From NCBI RefSeq assembly GCF_006345805.1, contig NC_042999.1, positions 29,264,001 through 29,328,000 of the forward strand: a stretch of DNA of 64,000 bases, written 5' to 3'. Shown piece after piece: positions 56,360 through 64,000 of the stretch (its first letter is position 1; each line of letters begins with the position of its first letter). A program made the translations under genes and the position numbers. The notes under the pieces were generated by a model. It was not told where the DNA came from and did no database searches. It saw nothing but the letters and a program-made list of their open reading frames with translations. The stretch comes from Octopus sinensis. Taxonomy: Eukaryota.

Positions 56360-57796
56360 TTGGAATATTCATAACTAGATAGATAGATATAACTTGATTT
56401 CTACTAGTATAGCACTGCTTTAAGTAGATAACTAAGAGTTCTCACATTACAGTTATCTTTATCTTTTTCCTTATATCTGCATCAGTTTTTTGAGAACAGG
56501 GAATGAATAGTACTTATTCGCTACTTAATTGAGGCTTTATTTAATTTCAAACTCACAATTTTTAAATTCTTAATTTTAAATCTTAATTGTAATATTTAAT
56601 TTTAATTCCTAACTTAATCTAATTTAAATAGCATAACTCTAATAAATTATAATTAGTTACTGTAGCCCCATAATTCTATTTCATAATTAAATAAATAAGG
56701 CTATTCCCTCGGTGATAATATGATTATCTTCATTATGATAGACAATCCCCTAACACCTTGTAAATGATCTTATAAGATTTGACCTGTAGTCAGTCAATGT
56801 ATGAATAATAACGACAACTCCTTAAGACAATAAAATGAATAAATTAAATAAGTAAATTTTTAATGACTTTTTGATAAGATTATACTTAGATTTTCCTAAT
56901 GTATTTTCTGGTGATTTTAGCATCTGACCCCTTAACCCCTGACTGTGTTATCTCTTTAGATTCTCTTTAAACTCATAGCTGATTTCAACAGCAATAAATT
57001 AACGGTTTACTGGTCAAAGAATAATATTCTCCTCTAGTTCCTAGATGCCTGTTGATTAAAACCAGACTTACAGTCTACTAACTCTTCTGTATAACTAGAA
57101 CCCTCTTTTTTTCTTTTTCTTTTTTTCCCTTCCTTCCCTATTTCTTTCTCTTTTCTCTTTTTTCTTTTTCTTCTTCTTATTCTCTGTTTCCTTTTCTCTT
57201 CTCTTTTAGTCCCCCCCCCTTTTTGCTCCCTCCTCCATTTTTTTCTCTCTTTTCTTCTATTCCCTTCTCTATTCTTGGCCGATCTAGTAAGCCCTTCAGC
57301 CTTTAAGAGTTAAATAGCCACAGCCTCTTGTGAATAGCAGTAATGTGATTAATGTGGCAAATACCTAATCATATAACAAGGATTGATACCTACCTCATTG
57401 TGTTCAACCATTGTAAAATTTATCGCCTGTGAATATGAAATTCATCTCCATTTCTCTGGAAATTTACATCTACACCATTGGAATCTGTGCATATATACAA
57501 AGGATTAATTCACCCTCTCTGTAATGCTAATAAGCAGGAATTGAGACCCACCTCGTTGTAATTAACAATGGATAAATTTGTCTTCTGTGAGTATATAATC
57601 CCTCATCATATCTATGGAAATTCATATGGATTAGGTCACCTTCTCTGTGATGCTATCAAAACTTTTTTAAAATTCTGTGATAAGACTGTACATCATCTTT
57701 AAAGAACTTTAATGAACTTTAGAAATCTGTTTAATTATCTACATTACTTCATGAGTATAGCCTCAAACACTAGGATGTCTAGAGAACTTACATGTA

Positions 57797-57887
57797 TTTT
57801 AGCTGATGAGTACGGGACTCGTTTATATGCTGTAATCTTTGCAACTTTTAATAAAACCTGTCCTTGTATGAAACGATCGTACTAAAA
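57797..57887 (+). ncRNA. Type I hammerhead ribozyme, family 1 (right arm)
   Basis: TTTTAG(57797-802)-CTGATGA(803-809)-GTACGGGAC-(41 nt)-GTCCTTGTAT(860-869)-GAAAC-GATC-GTA-CTAAAA. Predicted cleavage after 57881, 37 nt from the element end. Confidence 0.85.
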
Positions 57888-57918
57888 ACCTATCCATTCT
57901 TGTTGCTTCTTTCTCGCG

Positions 57919-57956
<38 letters not shown>

Positions 57957-57999
57957 ATATATTTTATATATATATATATATTAATTATATATATATATA

Positions 58000-58039
<40 letters not shown>

Positions 58040-59334
58040 TACATCAGGTGCAGGCGCGGCTGTGTGCTGAGAAGATTGTTTCCTAGATACATGGTTCTGA
58101 AATCCTCCAAAAGCATGTTGCTTAGACGAGATTTGCTCTGCAGTTACTCCACATATGTGCAGTACTTTCCCATTTTACCTATTTCAACATATCTTTCATA
58201 TACTATATACAAACTATGCCATTTTAATCCCGAGCAATGCCCGTTATCTCGGCTAGTATAATATATATATAATTGTGTGTGAGTATGTGTCTTTGCGTAT
58301 TTTTTATCATTAAGTTTGTTCACTTATTATTCTGCTACCGTAATTGATTACCGCCTTGAAGTGTTTATTGGGACATTTCGCCTACTCAACTTATAGTTTC
58401 TTATTCTGTCAATATGTTCTGCCTAACCGCTAAGTAAGGGGAACACATCGACCGCTGTCAAGTGGTTTTTAGAGTTAAACACACGCACATAGACGCGCAC
58501 ATACATGGATATATCAAGCTTCTTTTAATTTCCATTACCTGCACATATCCAGCGCTAGATTTTACTCTGTTCAGGCATATAGCAGAAGACACATTCCCAA
58601 GTTACTACACAGTGCTATTGAGCCTGTGTCAATGTCGTTGAATTGTGGTCAATGTGGTCAATGTGGTTAAATTAACTTGTACCAATCAGATACTTGCGCT
58701 TGCAGCTATATTTATTATTAGATGTTCATATTTAACAAATACTTACTTTATCATTTTCATGATTAAAAATTCTATAAAAAATCCTTTATGCTTGACATGG
58801 TCCTACATTTTGGAATATTTGATACGATTATATTTCAGTTCAACTATTTCAATTTGGATTAGAAAACTATTCCTTTAAATACATAGAGAGAAGTACCATT
58901 GGCTATTTCAAACTACACCATTTTGTCCAAATATGACATTTCTCCGTAATAAACGGCGATATTGAACATCAAAATGGCGGTAAACGGGAACAATGAATAT
59001 TTATAATTGAATTACACTATCAGAATACTGCATCTATAGGGAGAGCTTTAGCTCTGCGTCTGATAAGAAAAGACAGTATAGTCGAAGCATATTGTGATTT
59101 TACATACATTCTCCGCCTAAAAGAATTTTCCTTTCGGCTATAATTTCAAACAGAATCGACAATTAGATACTAAGTTGTTGTTAATCTATATATCTATGCA
59201 ATAGAAATATATATTTAACTGACTATATAGGCTTCCAGACTGGAAGTCTTACAGATGCAGACAATTAGAAATTCCGTTCAAAATAATAATAGCGTGAGTT
59301 TGTATGTATGTATATATATATATATATATATACT

Positions 59335-59549
59335 ATTTTACTCTGATACTTGTTTCAGTTATTTGACTCTGGTCATGCTGGAGCACTACCTTTAGTCGAG
59401 CAAGTCGACGCCAGGACTTGTACTTTGTAGCCGTACTAGTTATTCTATCGGTCTCTTTTGCCGAACAGCTATGTTACGGAGACATAAACACATCAGCATC
59501 GGTGGTCAAGCGATGTTGGGGGGACACACATAGACACACAAACATAAAC

Positions 59550-59607
<58 letters not shown>

Positions 59608-59937
59608 TATTATATTAAATTAGAGATAAAACCACTATTAGGCAAATCAAACAATGAAAAACATAAGCCAATACATAAAATTAATTTAATTTATATTATT
59701 TTAAATATATATCAAAAGTATTGAAAGTTTAATAAAAGATATAATTTTAATACTTTTGATATATATTTAAAATAATATAAATTAAATTAATTTTATGTAT
59801 TGCTTATGTCTTTCATTGTCTGATTTGCCTAATTTAATATAATATAATAAAATATATTTATACTATAAGATTGGATTTAATCCTAAATCTGATTTATCCC
59901 TGTAAGTTTGGATTTATTCCCTAATATTTTATTATTA

Positions 59938-60027
<90 letters not shown>

Positions 60028-60180
60028 CATATATACGACGGGCTACTTTCACCTTCCGTCTACCGAATCCACTATAGCCCGAGGCTATAGCTGAAGACAC
60101 ATGCCTGAGTTGCCACGCAGGGGGACTGAACTCAGAACCATGTTGTTGGTAAGCAAGCTGTATTCCACACAGACACTCCT
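59335..60180 (-). mobile_element. tRNA-derived SINE split by an insertion in its internal (TA)n
   Basis: The 3' half at ~59335-59560 and the 5' half at ~60025-60180 match the 30421-30822 family. AT-rich foreign DNA lies between them. Confidence 0.75.
59619..59833. repeat. Fold-back of a PLE family-2 terminus (arms ~59637-59722 and 59749-59833)
   Basis: The arms are reverse complements (TAGGCAAATCAAACAATGAAA.. / ..TTTCATTGTCTGATTTGCCTA). The sequence is homologous to 62478-62563. Confidence 0.85.
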
Positions 60181-60276
60181 ACACCTACATATGTATATAT
60201 ATATATACATCTATATCTATATACATACACACATATATACACACACATATGTATGTGTAAATATATACAAATATAT

Positions 60277-60387
<111 letters not shown>

Positions 60388-60727
60388 GTATGTGTATGTA
60401 TTAGTGTGTGTGTATAATATGTTATTTGAAAATGATCTCATCCCAATTTGTAATGCTAGGAAAATATACATGTAGCTATATTGGTAAGATAAGATATAAG
60501 GATGCAGTTTGTTTGTACGGCAAACATGTTTAAATATTAGTTAAGCACAGACTCTCTGGTCTGGGGAATTTCCTTGGCGATCATCAAACAAACGAGTCGC
60601 CAATAAAAATCAAAAAAAGCTTTTGAAAACCGTGTCTATTTGAAAACTTCTCTCTCTCTCTCTATAGATAGATAGATTGATGGATAGATAAAAAGATTAG
60701 TAGATACATACATATATACATATGTAA

Positions 60728-60778
<51 letters not shown>

Positions 60779-61019
60779 CATACATAGACTGCACAAAAGA
60801 AAGGAAGAACCTAGCATCATAGCATCATAATATCAAAGTATCAATAAAACCGTCAAAAACATGTTTATTTTTATGTTTTTTATGTACTACTAGTGTTACG
60901 TAATATGCTTTCCTAAAACTGTTGGCCCGTTTCAGATATCATGAGAAAAAGGTAAATAAAATTCATTAAAATAACAGATGTATTGTACTTTCAATGAGGT
61001 GAAATTTTTGGTGACCGTG

Positions 61020-61990
61020 CGGCAGGCCCTACGGCAACGAAAATAAACAGCATGTTCGGTAGATCAAGAAATACTGTCTCGAATGTAATGACGGCTTTCA
61101 GAAAGAGACTAAAACGTCCTCGTCGAAACAAAAGTACGGAAGAAAACCAAAAATTTCAGATATGTTGGTTTCTTACGCGAATTGTGAGAAAGAAACACAA
61201 AAGTACAGCTCCCAAAATTACTGCAGTGCTTAATGAGTACCTCGAGAACCCAGTTTCTACAATAAATGTTCCCTGCACAATAACTGTTTGCTGCACAAAG
61301 CCGGATTTCACGGAAGGTCTGCAATCAGAAAACCACTACTTTCATGAACAAACGTTGCAGATCGTTTACAGTGGAATAAATACCTACAGAATTTGTCCCT
61401 AGAGCAGTGGGAGAATGTTATTTTCCCGGACAAGCCATCCTTTACATTATTTCACACCACTTGCCGAGTATATGTGTGGAGACAGCCAAAAGTATCACTT
61501 GACCCACACGGCCTTCTTTTTCCCAACATGGAGGAGGAACTGTGAGGATCTTGGGGTTGGGGCTATATCTTGGAAATCCGCCGGATTAATCTTTTCCATT
61601 CATGGCAGAATTAACAGTGAAAACGACTTAAGCATTTTATCTGATAAAATTCATCCTCTGGTGAACTGTTTCTAAGTGAAACACAATCTTTCAGGATGAT
61701 AATGCACCGACTCTGACAGCTACAGTTAGTACGGAATGGCACGAGGATCATTCTAGTGAAGTTGAACATATCTTCTTCACACCACCGTCCCCAGATCTCA
61801 ATATTATTAAACATTTATGGTGCATTTTAGAAAATTAAGTATGGAAAAGGTATCATCACTATAGGGACTGTAAACTATTTAGCGGAAGAATTAATAAAAA
61901 TTCCTTGGGAAAAAATTAAAACTTCGTACGAGTCCAATCAATCTGTAATTACTGCAAAATATCCCTATATTAAAAGAAATTTGTTTGACA
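61020..61990 (+). mobile_element. Decayed Tc1-like (DD34E) transposon
   Basis: FGRSRNTVS (HTH), LHKAGFHGRSAIRKPLLS, WENVIFPDKP, GAISW, IFQDDNAP and PPSPDLNIIKHLW, with stops and frameshifts. Confidence 0.85.
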
Positions 61991-62029
61991 TTTTAAGGTG
62001 TTTGTGTTAACTTGTGAAACCCGAATTTG

Positions 62030-62565
62030 GAAATTAGCTATTTCATCTTTAAATATGAAAAATTAAATTTATTAGGTTTTTATTATATACAATTATTTAT
62101 AGAGATTATTTTAGATCTTGATTATAATATTTATATATATATTTTCATTGATATTTTATATATATTAGTCATTTAAAATATTTATGTAATTAGATATAGA
62201 CTAATCTTGATATTAGATTATGGGTTTCCTATCTTATAAATTAAAATTAATATTTAACATTATAGTCGATTTGGATATAATCACATTTGATAATAGAGTT
62301 TATTATAAGTAAAATTATTATATTATATATATGTTATTTATATCTTAAAAATATTGATTATATTTTAGATATTTAAATCACCTGATGAATGACTGTAACT
62401 CGAAAATTTAAAGAATTAAACAGCCATGAAACGATCGTAGTGTTATATTAATTATCTTTTTTAATAATTTTGTTATATATTTAAATAATATAAATTAAAT
62501 AATCTTATGTATTTGCTTAAGTCTTTCATTGTATGATTTGCCTAATAGTGGTTTTCTCTCTAATA
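62030..62565 (+). mobile_element. AT-rich PLE-like pLTR fragment, family 2
   Basis: Contains a hammerhead. The 3' end is followed by (TA)n and the terminal 85 bp recur in the 59619 fold-back. The 5' boundary is approximate. Confidence 0.6.
62379..62442 (+). ncRNA. Type I hammerhead ribozyme, family 2
   Basis: CAC-CTGATGA-ATGACTGT-(23 nt)-ACAGCCAT-GAAAC-GATC-GTA-GTG. Stem II has 7 of 8 pairs and stem I is short. Predicted cleavage after 62439. Confidence 0.72.
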
Positions 62566-62567
62566 TT

Positions 62568-62610
<43 letters not shown>

Positions 62611-62660
62611 TACAAATATGAGAGAGAATCCACTATGTGAACGCTCTTACGCTAGATATA

Positions 62661-62873
62661 GATCCACAAAGGGACTCAACCATTAAGAACTGTTCTCAAG
62701 AAATAATTTAGCACACTAAGAACGTAAGCGGGCAGAACAAATGAAAAATAACAAAAAATATATTAATTAATCTATATTTTTGTTATTTTTCATTTGTCCT
62801 GCCCGCGTACGTTCTTAGTGTGCTAAATCTTTTCTTGAGAACAATCTTTAGTGGTTGAGTCCCTTTGCGGATC
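62661..62873. repeat. ~100-bp-arm inverted repeat (MITE-like or fold-back)
   Basis: GATCCACAAAGGGACTCAACC...ACAAAAAATATA, then a ~10-nt spacer, then TATATTTTTGT...GGTTGAGTCCCTTTGCGGATC. The arms are imperfect, with roughly ten mismatches or indels. Confidence 0.9.
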
Positions 62874-63806
62874 GTCTTTCGTGAAATAAATCCTTATATT
62901 CAAAATTCGATTTGTGAATTATCAAAGATTCATTTATATTTTGGATTTTCGACTTTCCATTTTAACTTTCCATAAATCTTTCCATAGCTAATACGGCTTT
63001 GATTACATGAAATCTAGCTAATTAGAGACTGAAACACCCATACTGATGACACATCAAGTATTCTAGGGTGTTTTAATCAGAAGTGCCAACAACGTAAGCT
63101 TGACACTAATTGAAAGATGTTTCGCTGGGCATGGTTATGCTGGGAACATAGTTCTAATTCCGAAAGTGAAAGGCGACTCATCAAGCAATATAGGAGATGA
63201 TTTTCCTGTGTGACAGGTCCAAATTAATTTAATGTTCCACTTATTTCATTTTATAGAGTATAATTTATCGATAATAATATGATATTCCTTGATGCACCCG
63301 AAAACAAAATTTAAGTTTTGAACATAATTCAGAAGGGAAATCACAAACAAGATAGAAGGAAAATGTGACCTGTAAGCATACGTGATATTTTAAGACTTGA
63401 GAAACTTTGAATTAGCAGTCATATTATAGAAATCAAGTCCAGCATCTGCTGGCGTATTGAGTTACGAATAATATGTGTTGTTTTTATTGTTTTGTCCTCA
63501 TTCTTCTGTTTTTTACTGTTTTTTCATTTTCTATTGTATTTTCTGTTTTCTTACCCTCTCCTGTTCATTTTACCAATTTCACCCTCCGCAAAATATCTCA
63601 AATTATATTTAATTTGCTTTGCGGGAAGGACTGTTTCAACGAATTCGCGTCTTATCCTTGCCTTCAGCACGTGCAGTAGTTGGAACAGGGATAACTGAAG
63701 AAGGGGGATATTATTTATGTTGTATGCCTCGTTTCTCTGTTTTTGTTTTTACGTTTTCGTTTCTCATTGTGTTCAACGCTTTTTTATGTCCTGTACCTAT
63801 TTATGC

Positions 63807-63844
<38 letters not shown>

Positions 63845-63883
63845 GGTATGTACAATATATATGCATATATTGTATATATATAT

Positions 63884-63917
<34 letters not shown>

Positions 63918-64000
63918 AATATATATATATATATAATTATATATATATTATATATATATATACATAAATACTGTTGTATCTGGGCAGATCATTCATTTTA

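Larger units (their letters stand above)
53547..57918. mobile_element. 4.4-kb palindromic (head-to-head fold-back) Penelope-like element derivative, no RT
   Basis: Arm 53547-55723 is the reverse complement of 55747-57918, with a 23-nt spacer. About 10 differences noted by eye. Each arm is GIY-YIG frame + ~1.56-kb UTR + hammerhead. The outer ends coincide with the terminus of the solo copy at 9562. Confidence 0.92.

Noticed and set aside
58190-58256. CCCGAGCAATGCCCG...CTAG, like the Helitron 3' end at 53295-53322
   Set aside because: Only a short terminal remnant with no identifiable 5' TC end; too little to delimit an element.
62880-63460. Sequence with a short similarity to 23940-23980 (..CCATAAATCTTT..)
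   Set aside because: Probably a decayed repeat, but the match is too short and no coding motif could be assigned.

Overview
AT-rich, microsatellite-dense animal genomic DNA. The SINE families, simple repeats and transposon content resemble an octopus/coleoid cephalopod genome; this is an inference, not a database result. No host protein-coding gene could be identified with confidence, and most ORFs in the track are translations of simple repeats. The window is a mosaic of mobile elements. These include a near-intact 3.8-kb hAT transposon with TIRs and 8-bp TSD, several decayed Tc1/mariner elements, four R4/Dong-like non-LTR retrotransposon copies tied to (AAT)n tracts, a decayed Gypsy LTR element, CR1 and RTE LINE remnants, a non-autonomous Helitron and many tRNA-derived SINEs. 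The most notable structure is a set of Penelope-like element (PLE) derivatives. The largest is a 4.4-kb near-perfect palindrome (53547-57918) built from two head-to-head, RT-less 3' halves, each carrying a GIY-YIG endonuclease frame, a long UTR and a hammerhead ribozyme. There are five type I hammerhead ribozyme motifs in three unrelated sequence families, a ~488-bp retrozyme-like tandem unit, and further small fold-back structures, mostly sitting in (TA)n tracts. All base-pairing and alignments were done by eye.
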